Origin: Phaeosaccion multiseriatum
Lineage: Eukaryota; Protista; Ochrophyta, other classes
Direction of reading: 5' to 3'
Assembly (NCBI GenBank): GCA_965112735.1
Contig: OZ218951.1
Location: 62,001-126,000, forward strand
DNA: 64,000 nucleotides
The stretch's first letter is position 1. Each line of letters opens with the position of its first letter. The position numbers and the translations under genes are program-made. This document shows positions 1 through 11,900 of the stretch, piece after piece. A model generated the notes under the pieces. The model was not told the origin of the DNA and made no database searches. It saw only the letters and a list, made by a program, of their open reading frames with translations.

Positions 1-190
1 ACTGTCGAGGATGCTAGAAAGAAGGGTGTTCCCCTCCCTCCTCTGTCCTCCTTATGCTATGCTACGCAAAGTGCTTCATCGTACTCTCTAACCCTACTGT
101 CGAGGATGCTAGAAAGAAGGGTGTTCCCCTCCCTCCTCTGTCCTCCTTGTGCTATGTTACACAGAGCGCTTGCTATCGCACTCTCTAAGG
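1..190. repeat. ~95-bp minisatellite, at least 2 copies, running off the left edge; same family as 8388-8772 and 16541-16637
   Basis: Unit ccctactgtcgaggatgctagaaagaagggtgttcccctccctcctctgtcctcctt... recurs with ~95-bp period and reappears in the other duplication units. Confidence 0.9.
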
Positions 191-739
191 CGCTACCCAG
201 GCCGTCCTGCCCGGCCTGTTTGTCTTCCAATCACTCTTCCTCACTTCAGGAGCAGCGTCGGACCCTGGCGCTCCATCTCCTTCCTCTCCCGAGCACTGCT
301 GGCCGGGGCACATGATGACGCTTCCGCACGATGATCCCGCATTGGCAGCGAGGTACTTGGCAGAGCCTGTCGAGAGGAGGAGGGCAGTGAGCATTAGGCG
401 CAGAAGGGGGACAATTGGGCCGCGCTGGGAAGGGAGACTAGCCTAGCCCGACCCCAGCTTCGGCTCCTGTGGACCGAGCGAGCGAGGGCGATCATCTCGA
501 GCCCGCCTCGCCTCGCTTCGGTCAAAGGCTCACCTTCCGTACTGTAGCAACCCCTGCACTCCCTTTGGAGGCCGAACATTCCGCACCACAGCCCGTCCAG
601 GGAGGGCTCTTCATCGAGGCACGAGGTGTCGCAGAACAGCCCCTTCATCTGCTGCTCGAGCTCCATTGACTGCTCCTCAGTCAGGTGCGTCGTATCGCAC
701 ACGCAGTCCGCATCGGGCACCAGGGGGGCGGTAGTAGCC
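185..739 (-). pseudogene. Out-of-frame remnant of the 3' exons of mucin-like gene copy A (Cys domain 4), cut by a ~1.5 kb deletion at ~241-247
   Basis: Near-identical to 10333-10830 of copy B, but lies after the frameshift stop at 740-742. At ~241-247 it joins directly to sequence matching ~8820 of copy B, so domain 5 and the TM exon are absent. Confidence 0.8.
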
Positions 740-3700
740 TCAGGCCCCATAGCTAGTGGGCACCTCCACCTCCACCTCCACTGTCATGGGCGTGGGGAGG
801 ACGGGGTAGACAGGGACGTCCTCTTCGCCGCACACGTTGAGCTCTCCTGCACAAAAACACACACACACACGCAGGGACAGACAGACGAGGGGAGTGAGAG
901 CCTGCAAGGGATGGCGAGGTGAGCGACATTCTCGACAGCCACAGTGGTACTCCGCCTAAGGAGTAGCCCTCTGTCGTAAGCTTCAAGTCACGAACGGTTA
1001 CGTACCTGCAGGGGTGTCGGGGTGCTCCGCGACATACTTTGCCGCGCCCTCCTCCGTGTAGCAAGCTCTGCAATTCTTGCCAGCCTCGAAGATGTCGCAG
1101 TGGCTGGAGGGGAGGGGAGACAAGAGGCCAGTCACAAATGCCAGCGGTGAAGGAGCATGAGGATGAGAACACACAAGGGCAGCAGCGAGAAGAGGGGGTG
1201 AGGAGTGGAGACCTTTTCCCCGCCGTCTTCATGGACGCTATTCAGGGCGCTCTGGCAACCGACTGCACTCCCAGTGACTTAATCACTTCCCCTACTCACA
1301 TTCCGCCGAAGGTGGGGTGTCCAGACGTGCACGTGACGTCACACACGAGGCGCTTGTGGTGCTCGTCAAGATACTTCTGGTCGTCCTCCGTCAGGGGGGC
1401 GCAGCAGGGCTTGGTGGGGGCGGGGGTCATAGGGTAAGGCGTCGGCTTCGGTGTCGGTGCCACTGTAGGAGGCGCTGTCCAGGCCTTGGTGGGGGGCAAG
1501 GTGTCTTCCGGGGTAGGAGGTGCTGTCCATGCCTTGGTTGGGGCGGGCGTCGGATGCGGCGTCGGCTTCGGTGTCGGTGCCACTGTAGGAGGTGCTGTCC
1601 AGGCCTTGGTGGGGGGCAAGGTGTCTTCCGGGGTAGGAGGTGCTGTCCAGGCCTTGGTTGGGGCGGGCGTCGGATGCGGCGTCGGCTTCGGTGTCGGTGC
1701 CACTGTAGGAGGTGCTGTCCAGGCCTTGGTGGGGGGCAAGGTGTCTTCCGGGATAGGAGGTGCTGTCCAGGCCTTGGTGGGGGCGGGCGTCGGATGCGGC
1801 GTCGGCTTCGGTGTCGGTGCCACTGTAGGAGGTGCTGTCCAGGCCTTGGTGGGGGGCAAGGTGTCTTCCGGGGTAGGAGGTGCTGTCCAGGCCTTGGTTG
1901 GGGCGGGCGTCGGATGCGGCGTCGGCTTCGGTGTCGGTGCCACTGTAGGAGGTGCTGTCCAGGCCTTGGTGGGGGGCAAGGTGTCTTCCGGGGTAGGAGG
2001 TGCTGTCCAGGCCTTGGTTGGGGCGGGCGTCGGATGCGGCGTCGGCTTCGGTGTCGGCGCCACTGTAGGAGGTGCTGTCCAGGCCTTGGTGGGGGGCAAG
2101 GTGTCTTCCGGGGTAGGAGGTGCTGTCCAGGCCTTGGTGGGGGCGGGCGTCGGATGCGGCGTCGGCTTCGGTGTCGGTGCCACTGTAGGAGGTGCAGTCC
2201 AGGCCTTGGTGGGGGGCAAGGTGTCTTCCGGGGTAGGAGGTGCTGTCCAGGCCTTGGTGGGGGCGGGCGTCGGATGCGGCGTCGGCTTTGGCGTCGGTGC
2301 CACTGTAGGAGGTGCTGTCCAGGCCTTGGTGGGGGGCAAGGTGTCTTCCGGGGTAGGAGGTGCTGTCCAGGCCTTGGTTGGGGCGGGCGTCGGATGCGGC
2401 GTCGGCTTCGGTGTCGGCGCCACTGTAGGAGGTGCTGTCCAGGCCTTGGTGGGGGGCAAGGTGTCTTCCGGGGTAGGAGGTGCTGTCCAGGCCTTGGTGG
2501 GGGCGGGCGTCGGATGCGGCGTCGGCTTCGGTGTCGGTGCCACTGTAGGAGGTGCAGTCCAGGCCTTGGTGGGGGGCAAGGTGTCTTCCGGGGTAGGAGG
2601 TGCTGTCCAGGCCTTGGTGGGGGCGGGCGTCGGATGCGGCGTCGGCTTCGGCGTCGGTGCCACTGTAGGAGGTGCTGTCCAGGCCTTGGTGGGGGGCAAG
2701 GTGTCTTCCGGGATAGGAGGTGCTGTCCAGGCCTTGGTGGGGGCGGGCGTCGGATGCGGCGTCGGCTTCGTTGTCGGTGCCACTGTAGGAGGTGCTGTCC
2801 AGGCCTTGGTGGGGGCGGGCGTCGGATGCGGCGTCGGCTTTGGCGTCGGTGCCACTGTAGGAGGTGCTGTCCAGGCCTTGGTGGGGGGCAAGGTGTCTTC
2901 CGGGATAGGAGGTGCGGTCCAGGCCTTGGTGGGGGCGGGCGTCGGATGCGGCGTCGGCTTCGGTGTCGGTGCCACTGTAGGAGGTGCTGTCCAGGCCTTG
3001 GTGGGGGCGGGCGTCGGATGCGGCGTCGGCTTTGGCGTCGGTGCCACTGTAGGAGGTGCTGTCCAGGCCTTGGTGGGGGGCAAGGTGTCTTCCGGGATAG
3101 GAGGTGCGGTCCAGGCCTTGGTGGGGGCGGGCGTCGGATGCGGCGTCGGCTTCGTTGTCGGTGCCACTGTAGGAGGTGCTGTCCAGGCCTTGGTGGGGGC
3201 GGGCGTCGGATGCGGCGTCGGCTTTGGCGTCGGTGCCACTGTAGGAGGTGCTGTCCAGGCCTTGGTGGGGGGCAAGGTGTCTTCCGGGATAGGAGGTGCG
3301 GTCCAGGCCTTGGTGGGGGCGGGCGTCGGATGCGGCGTCGGCTTCGGTGTCGGTGCCACTGTAGGAGGTGCTGTCCAGGCCTTGGTGGGGGCGGGCGTCG
3401 GATGCGGCGTCGGCTTTGGCGTCGGTGCCACTGTAGGAGGTGCTGTCCAGGCCTTGGTGGGGGGCAAGGTGTCTTCCGGGATAGGAGGTGCGGTCCAGGC
3501 CTTGGTGGGGGCGGGCGTCGGATGCGGCGTCGGCTTCGTTGTCGGTGGCACTGTAGGAGGTGCTGTCCAGGCCTTGGTGGGGGCGGGCGTCGGATGCGGC
3601 GTCGGCTTTGGCGTCGGTGCCACTGTAGGAGGTGCTGTCCAGGCCTTGGTGGGGGGCAAGGTGTCTTCCGGGATAGGAGGTGCGGTCCAGGCCTTGGTGG

Positions 3701-6700
3701 GGGCGGGCGTCGGATGCGGCGTCGGCTTCGGTGTCGGTGCCACTGTAGGAGGTGCTGTCCAGGCCTTGGTGGGGGCGGGCGTCGGATGCGGCGTCGGCTT
3801 TGGCGTCGGTGGCACTGTAGGAGGTGCTGTCCAGGCCTTGGTGGGGGCAGGGGTTGGAGGTGGCGTCGGTTTGTCCTCTCCAGGGCACATGATGAGATCA
3901 TCGGAGTAGAGCGAAGGTTTCAGCTCCAGGAAGGTAGCGGCGCCCTCCGTGGTGAAGCAAGAGCGGCAGTTTTTGCCCAATCCGAAGATGTTGCAGTCAC
4001 TGGCAGGCAGACAGGGAGGACGAGGAGGAGAAGAGGGCGAGGAGAACGAGGGTCAGGAATGAGCCACTGGAGAGTCGGTTGAGAAGGTAACCGGGTACCC
4101 CTTCGTGAAAAAGCAATACCCTCTCCTCTGCCTCTGCTACTCACAGTCCGCCGAAGGAGGGGCTCTCTGCCGTGCAGGTCTCGTCACAGAAGATGTCCTT
4201 TCCGAAGGCGTCGAGCTGTCCTCTGTCTGCCTTGCTCAGCTCCGCGCAGCAGGGCTCCGGGGTGGGAGGGGCCGTGGGCTGAGGGAGAGAATACGTTGAA
4301 GCAGGTGGGAAACGGAGAGGAAGGGAAGCAAGGGTCAGCTGCAGGCCAAAATAGAACTCAGCACAGGGGCCATAGACAACACTAAACACTCCTTCAGCTC
4401 CTGAAGCGATGTTGCCACACACCTCAGGGGTGGGCTTCGGCGTCGGTGCCACTGTAGGAGGTGCTGTCCAGGCCTTGGTGGGGGGTAAGGTGTCTTCCGG
4501 GGTAGGAGGTGCTGTCCAGGCCTTGGTGGGGGCGGGCGTCGGATGCGGCGTGGGCTTTGGCGTCGGTGCCACTGTAGGAGGTGCTGTCCAGGCCTTGGTG
4601 GGGGCAGGGGTTGGAGGTGGCGTCGGTTTGTCCTCTCCAGGGCACATGATGAGATCGTCGGAGGAGAGCGAAGGGTTCTGCTCCAGGAAGGTAGCGGCGC
4701 CCTCCGTGGTGAAGCAAGAGCGGCAGTTTTTGCCCAATCCGAAGATGTTGCAGTCACTGGCAGGCAGACAGGGAGGACGAGGAGGAGAAGAGGGCGAGGA
4801 GAACGAGGGTCAGGAATGAGCCACTGGAGAGTCGGTTGAGAAGGTAACCGGGTACCCCTTCGTGAAAAAGCAATACCCTCTCCTCTGCCTCTGCTACTCA
4901 CAGTCCGCCGAAGGAGGGGCTCTCTGCCGTGCAGGTCTCGTCACAGAAGATGTCCTTTCCGAAGGCGTCGAGCTGTCCTCTGTCTGCCTTGCTCAGCTCC
5001 CCGCAGCAGGGCTCCGGGGTGGGAGGGGCCGTGGGCTGAGGGAGAGAATACGTTGAAGCAGGTGGGAAACGGAGAGGAAGGGAAGCAAGGGTCAGCTGCA
5101 GGCGAAAATAGAACTCAGCACAGGGGCCATAGACAACACTAAGCACTCCTTCAGCTCCTGAAGCGATGTTGCCACACACCTCAGGGGTGGGCTTCGGCGT
5201 CGGTACCACTGTAGGAGGTGCTGTCCAGGCCTTGGTGGGGGGCAAGGTGTCTTCCGCGGTAGGAGGTGCTGTCCAGGCCTTGGTGGGGGCGGGCGTCGGC
5301 TTCGGTGTGGGTGCCACTGTAGGAGGTGCTGTCCAGGCCTTGGTGGGGGCGGGCGTCGGATGCGGCGTCGGCTTCGGCGTCGGTGCCACTGTAGGAGGTG
5401 CTGTCCAGGCCTTGGTGGGGGGCAAGGTGTCTTCCGGGGTAGGAGGTGCTGTCCAGGCCTTGGTGGGGGCGGGCGTCGGCTTCGGCGTCGGTGCCACTGT
5501 AGGAGGTGCTGTCCAGGCCTTGGTGGGGGGCAAGGTGTCTTCCGGGGTAGGAGGTGCTGTCCAGGCCTTGGTGGGGGCGGGCGTGGGCATCCCAGTGCAG
5601 ATGTTGAGCTCCGAGGCGGGCGTGTGGGGGAACTCTGGGGAGGAGGTCAACGAGACGGCAGCAGATGGGGCAGTGAAGGCAGCGGAGAGTTAGGCTAAGG
5701 CAGCAAGACCGTACCCAATGGTGGAAGGAGTTGGTGAGAAGGTGTGAAGTAGGACGTTTCGAAGGACGAGTATGAAGCACGCACGTACCTTGCAAGTAGA
5801 GATCGGCACCCTCGGGAGTGTAGCAGGCCCGGCAGTCCTGGCCTTTGCCCCACATGTTGCAGTGACTGGGAAGGGGAGAGAGAACAGAGAAGGGCAGGGT
5901 AGAGAGAGAGGCATGAGGGAGGAACGCGAGGAAGAAACGAAAACAATGCACTGATCCGATCGATCAAGACGTTGTCACACCGACAGCACACAAGCAGGCA
6001 GCGCTGGACAAGAAAAGGAGGATGGTGCTTACATGCCGGCCGTCGCCAGGGAGCAGGAGGGGTCGCACTCGAGCTTCTTCTTGCGGTCAGAGAGGTCTGG
6101 GTAGGAGGCAGGGGGGGAGAGGTGAGGGGAGCGTGAGGGAGAGCAGGGTGTGGGGCGTTGATATAGCCGTGTCTTGCAATATGGCTACTCGTGTGAGGTC
6201 TCCGGGCCTGTGCCAGACACAAACAGAGGCCCAGCTAAGGGAAGTAGCGGAGGGTTGGAAGTGAAGTGCTCTCTGCCCGGGAGGGACTCACGCAAATGTA
6301 AAAACACTCACATTGGAGATTGGCCTCGGAAATTTCGCCGCAGCAGTCCACTGGAGAGAGCAGAGGGGGCAGGGGAGAGAAGGAGAGAGAGAGCGAGTAA
6401 ACGGCCTTGAGTCAGGGGCGGGTTGGCAACGCAGCGTGGTCTTCCTTCGGTCCTTGGGACGGACCCCTGCCGCCCTCAGCCTTGCACAAAGAACCAGTTG
6501 CATTTGGGCAGCAGCGGCAGCGGCACAGCCAGGCCCCCTTTGTTCCCCCCAGTCTCCACCCTCAAGTGTTTCCTGCCTCATTGCTTGCACCGCTCCCTCT
6601 AATCGGCCATATCTCCACTCCAACGGCCACACGCATTTTCCCCGTCCCTCAACTCACATGAGGCATAGTCCGGGTCGTCCCCCGTCGCCTTCAAGGATCT

Positions 6701-6835
6701 CAAGTTGGTCTTGCCCGTCTCCCTGCTGGCATCGCTCTTCTTGTCTCCCTGGTGCAGAGTGCTCCCAAGTCGGGCGCCGTTGGTCTGTTGCAGGGTCAAC
6801 GCTGCTCCCAACAGCAGGAGAGGAAGCCTCGCCAT
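740..6835 (-). CDS. Mucin-like Cys-rich/Pro-Thr repeat secreted protein, copy A (multi-exon; ends at a frameshift stop, no TM anchor)
   Basis: Signal peptide MARLPLLLLGAALTLQQTNGA at 6835. Four FCDxxC...GGx|xCxxxGxGxxCRxC[YF]T-type domains separated by PTKAWTAPP repeats, with canonical GT-AG junctions. A 4-bp insertion near 751-754 gives TGA at 740-742. Confidence 0.8.
1410..3870 (-). repeat. Coding minisatellite: 120-bp (40 aa) and 192-bp (64 aa) units of TKAWTAPPT(V/P/I)...PTPKPTPHPTPAP in one ~2.7 kb exon
   Basis: Strict 120-bp period from ~1440 to ~2760, then 72+120-bp higher-order units. Confidence 0.95.
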
Positions 6836-7475
6836 GCTCTCTCCAAACGGCTGCGAGAACCGCGCTAGGTACTTCCAGGTAGTGCTGTCAGAAAGGGGGA
6901 GGGGTGAGGTGAGGATCTCTCTCTAGTATCTTGGTTGTCCGTTGTGCCTGAGAAAGATACTTTGTGTGTGAAAGGAATGTTGAGGAATGGCCTCTCGCAG
7001 CAGACTGTTGGCCGTTGGTGATTTTTCAATAGCTTGATCTCCTCGGCACATCAATTAGTAACGGACAATTTGAAATAGGATAAAGAGGTGTATGGGTTAG
7101 GATAAGTGCTTGCTGCTGCTGCAGACAAGAGGGCTCCGGTGGCCAGGAATAAGGCCACCGCCCACGAGCAGGTGCGTAGTGCGCAGCCGGGTTATGAGGC
7201 AGAGGAGGGGAGTAGGGGGAGAGGAAAGGTGGGCGAGGCAGGAGGGGCAGTAGGGAGTGAGGAAGGAAGAGAGGGGAGGGAGAAGGACGAGACAGGGAGA
7301 GGGAATTATGCCCGCTGAATCACTTAGACAGCGCGGTCTCACTGGTGGGCCACCGCACGAGTAGGCCTTCCATTGCCTAGCCTCAACGCGAATAGCCTGA
7401 CTGACCCCCACGTGTCGCAACCTCCGGCCTAGCCTGACGCCAAGTGTGGCAACCCCTGCTGGCCTTTGGCTGCAG

Positions 7476-7699
7476 GTGCGGATTGATGTGCTGGCGGAGC
7501 TCGGGGAAGATGCTTCGGAGGCGGACAGACTGCACAGAGAGCGGGTGAGGTACACGGAGCTGGCAGGAGATGCGTCTCAATGGGGGACTGGGGACTGGCC
7601 TCTACCTCCGTCGACTCTTCCACTGTCCGTAGGCCCTCATTCGACAGAATGAGCGAATCAGTGCAGCCTCCTATACCCTGAGCAGCGCGCGCCCTCACA

Positions 7700-7765
<66 letters not shown>

Positions 7766-8218
7766 ACACGCAGGAGGTGCTGGCGGAGGGGAAGGATTTA
7801 GCGATGGAGGCGGAGAGGGCCCGTCTGGAGAGCATTCGAAACGACCCCGTCAGAGAGGGCTACTACGTGCGGGTGAGGACACCCGAAACCTGTGATATAC
7901 CTGCCTGTCTGTCTGCCTATCTGTACGTATGTCGGCATGCCTGCCTTGCACACTCAGTGCTTGTCCCAGCCTCTGTCTGCATGTGCCTACCTGCCTATGA
8001 CTTGTGCCTGCCCGCCTCCCTCTCTGCCTGTCCATGTGCCTGCCTGCCTGCTTCCCTCTCTGCCTGCCCATATTCCTGCCACAGCGCATGGCTCTGGCGG
8101 GCCTTGCTGTGCTTGCAGTGTGCGCCGTGTACGCCTTCCGAGATGACCTCGGAGAGAGCTTCGACGCCGTGGGGAGAAAGAAGGCCGGAGCCACGTGGAC
8201 TGCCCCGGAAGGGGGCAA

Positions 8219-8252
<34 letters not shown>

Positions 8253-8282
8253 GGTAGTGACGGCAGCAAGAAGGAGAAGTGA
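7476..8282 (+). pseudogene. 5'-truncated three-exon remnant (7476-7544, 7774-7872, 8085-8282) of a gene encoding a protein with a C-terminal TM segment
   Basis: Phase-0 GT-AG exons splice to VRIDVLAELGEDASEADRLHRER|EVLAEGKDLAMEAERARLESIRNDPVREGYYVR|RMALAGLAVLAVCAVYAFRDDLGES...KKEK*. No start exon in the duplicated unit. Confidence 0.65.
7696..7763. repeat. (CA)n microsatellite
   Basis: About 30 CA units seen directly. Confidence 0.95.
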
Positions 8283-8387
8283 CAGGCAAAGACACTGAGT
8301 AGACTAGGCGTGATGTGTGAGCATAACAAACGATTCATATTACAGTTGAAGTCAACATAGGCGCTGCTGTGCTGCTGCCGCCCTTAC

Positions 8388-8772
8388 CTACCCTACTGTC
8401 GAGGATGCTAGAAAAAGGTGTTCACCTCCCTCCTCTGTCCTCCTTATGCTATGCTACGCAAAGTGCTTCATCGTACTCACTAACCCTACTGTCGAGGATG
8501 CTAGAAAGAAGGGTGTTCACCTCCCTCCTCTGTCCTCCTTATGCTATGCTACGCAAAGTGCTTCATCGTACTCTCTAACCCTACTGTCGAGGATACGAGA
8601 TGGAAGGGTGTTCCCCTCCCTCCTCTGTCCTCCTTGTGCTATACTACACAGAGCGCTTGCTATCGCACTCTCTAACCCCACTGTCGAGGATGCTAGAAAG
8701 AAGGGTGTTCCCCTCCCTCCTCTGTCCTCCTTGTGCTATGCTACACAGAGCGCTTGCTATCGCACTCTCTAA
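8388..8772. repeat. ~95-bp minisatellite, 4 copies, between convergent 3' ends
   Basis: Units start at ~8391, ~8484, ~8580 and ~8677. Confidence 0.9.
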
Positions 8773-8948
8773 GGCGCTACCAAGGCCGTCCTGCCCGGCC
8801 TGTTTGTCTTCCAATCACTCTCCCTTTCTTGTGTACACAGGCGGCGCTCCTTCGCGCTCCCGCCTTCCTTCCAATCGAGTCTCTCTGAGAAAGGGACTCT
8901 CGCACGCGTGGGTACGTAAGGCCTGCTCCTTGGCTCAGGGCCTCAGTT

Positions 8949-11900
8949 TCAGTTGGCTTCCATCTGCCCCTGAACTTCCGCGTTGACATCAGCCTCCCCC
9001 TGCCCCGCCGACTTGGTGCGAGCGTTGTTTACTGCGAGCAGGGCCGCCACCAACACGACGCCCGCCACAACGATGCCGGCAATGGCCCCGTCAGAGAGGC
9101 GACGCTTGCCCCCACCTGAGGAGCTGCCGCTGCGGCTCGTGGTCTCCTCCGTGCCGATCTTGCGAGTGCCGTCGGAGTTGCGGAGGCTGTTTCGGTTTCG
9201 GAGTTTCGGAGGAGGGGAGGGAAGCAGAGAAACAGAGGTGGTACGCAGTTAGAGGACTAGCTACTTAAGGAGGGAGGGCTCGTGCAGGTGGCAATAACGG
9301 GGGCAGAGGGAGTGGCCGGCGTGTGACTGACCTGGAGGTGGCCACGAGACAAGCCTGCTCGCCCTCGCACATGTTGACTTCCGCACAGTCTTCGGTGGGA
9401 TTCACGCTCAGGTGCATCCGCGCGCCCTCGGCAGTGTCTGAGAGGGCAGCAGGGGAGGGTAGAGGGGGTGTGTGAGTGGTGCGGTAAGGAGGCCGCCGTG
9501 CCCCCGTAAGTCAGTGCTTCGCAGCGCTCTCTCTACTCACAGCATCCGCGGCAGTTACGACCCAAGCCGAACAGGTCACAGTGCACTCCCCCGTGGCTGG
9601 TGCCCTCCTCAGAGCAGGAGGGGTCGCAGAACAGTTCCTTCCCGTTGACACGGAGGAACTCCTCGTCCGCAGAGCTCAGGCGGGAGGAGCAGTCTGCAGC
9701 GGTGGTGCAGCCACCCGAGGGGATGTCATCGGAGCCCTGTGGAGGGAGGGGGGGCAGACGCAGAGGAGGGCGGAGGGGTAAGAGGTGGAAAGGCAAGACC
9801 AGCGGGCATTTCATAGAATAATGGATGTGTGTGTGACTACAAGGCCGCAACGTACCGTCTCAGTCTCAGTGGACGCATCATCGGCGGAGGCCCCATCCGG
9901 AGCAGCGGATGCCAAGTCGTCGCCAGCGCCCCAAGTGGATGAAGAGGACGAGGGGCTCTCCGTCACTAAAGTGATTGTGTTCGTGTTGTCATGTCCGATG
10001 GGCGGGGGCGTCACCACAGAGAGGTCCGGCGCGGTAGTGTCCGCGGCCTGTACGCACGGGCAGGAGGAACGCACAATGAAAAGGGGTGGGGCGGAGAGAC
10101 AGAGAGGGGGGTAGATGCAGCCGTAAGCCGTAAGCATCAACAGCCTAATGCACCTCCAGCAACCAACAGCCTGGACAAGCATCTCGCCGTACCGTGTGCG
10201 GGTGATCGGCAGAGGGTGCCTCAGCAGAGGGCGCCTCAGGAGAGGGTGCATCTGTCGCGCCATCTCCATGTCCATCGGTGTCCGCTCCTTCGGCGTCCTC
10301 ATCGAGGTCGACGCCCCTGGTGGTCACCGAGTCAAGAGCAGCGTCGGACCCTGGCGCTCCATCTCCTCCCTCTCCCGAGCACTGCTGGCCGGGGCACATG
10401 ATGACGCTTGCGCACGATGATCCCGCATTGGCAGCGAGGTACTTGGCAGAGCCTGTCGAGAGGAGGAGGGCAGTGAGCATTAGGCGCAGAAGGGAGACAA
10501 TTGGGCCGCACTGGGAAGGGAGACTAGCCTAGTCCGACACCAGCTTCAGCTCATGTGGACCGAGCGAGCGAGGGCGATCATCTCGAGCCCGCCTCGCCTC
10601 GCTTCGGTCAAAGGCTCACCTTCCGTACTGTAGCAACCCCTGCACTCCCTTTGGAGGCCGAACATTCCGCACCACAGCCCGTCCAGGGAGGGCTCTTCAT
10701 CGAGGCACGAGGTGTCGCAGAACAGCCCCTTCATCTGCTGCTCGAGCTCCATTGACTGCTCCTCAGTCAGGTGCGTCGTATCGCACACGCAGTCCGCATC
10801 GGGCACCAGGGGGGCGGTAGTAGCCTCAGGCCCCATTGTGGGCACCTCCACCTCCACGGTCACAGGCGCGTTGGTCATAGGGTGCACTGGCATGGCCGTG
10901 ACAGGAGCGGGCGTGGGGAGGACGGGGTAGACAGGGACGTCCTCTTCGCCGCACATGTTGAGCTCTCCTGCACAAAAACACACACACACACACACACACG
11001 CAGGGACAGACAGACGAGGGGAGTGAGAGCCTGCAAGGGATGGCGAGGTGAGCGACATTCTCGACAGCCACAGTGGTACTCCGCCGAAGGAGTAGCCCTC
11101 TGTCGTAAGCTTCAAGTCACGAAAGGTTACGTACCTGCAGGGGTGTCGGGGTGCTCCGCGACATACTTTGCCGCGCCCTCCTCCGTGTAGCAAGCTCTGC
11201 AATTCTTGCCAGCCTCGAAGATGTCGCAGTGGCTGGAGGGGAGGGGAGACGAGAGGCCAGTCACAAATGCCAGCGGTGAAGGAGCATGAGGATGAGAACA
11301 CACAAGGGCAGCAGCGAGAAGAGGGGGTGAGGAGTGGAGACCTCTTCCCCGCCGTCGTCAAGGGGACGCTATTCAGGGCGCTCTGGCCACCGACTGCACT
11401 CCCAGTGACTTAATCACTTCCCCTACTCACATTCCGCCGAAGGTGGGGTGTCCAGACGTGCACGTGACGTCACACACGAGGAGCTTGTGGCGCTCGTCAA
11501 GATACTTCTGGTCGTCCTCCGTCAGGGGAGCGCAGCAGGGCTTCGTGGGGGCGGGGGTCATAGGGTAAGGCGTCGGCTTCGGTGTCGGTGCCACTGTAGG
11601 AGGTGCTGTCCAGGCCTTGGTTGGGGCGGGCGTCGGATGCGGCGTCGGCTTCGGCGTCGGTGCCACTGTAGGAGGCGCTGTCCAGGCCTTGGTGGGGGGC
11701 AAGGTGTCTTCCGGGGTAGGAGGTGCTGTCCAGGCCTTGGTGGGGGCGGGCGTCGGGTGTGGCGTTGGCTTCGGCGTCGGCTTCGGTGTCGGTGCCACTG
11801 TAGGAGGTGCTGTCCAGGCCTTGGTGGGGGCGGGCGTCGGGTGTGGCGTTGGCTTCGGCGTCGGCTTCGGTGTCGGTGCCACTGTAGGAGGTGCTGTCCT

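Noticed and set aside
1410-3870. CRISPR-like regular repeats (also the 95-bp and 339-bp arrays)
   Set aside because: No unique spacers and no cas genes; eukaryotic tandem repeats.
1317-4082. 800-900 aa ORFs in several other frames (RRCC-, GGAVQALV- and HQGLDST-rich), also at 11.4-14.4 kb
   Set aside because: By-products of a stop-free GC-rich coding repeat; only the Pro/Thr frame splices to the Cys domains and signal peptide.
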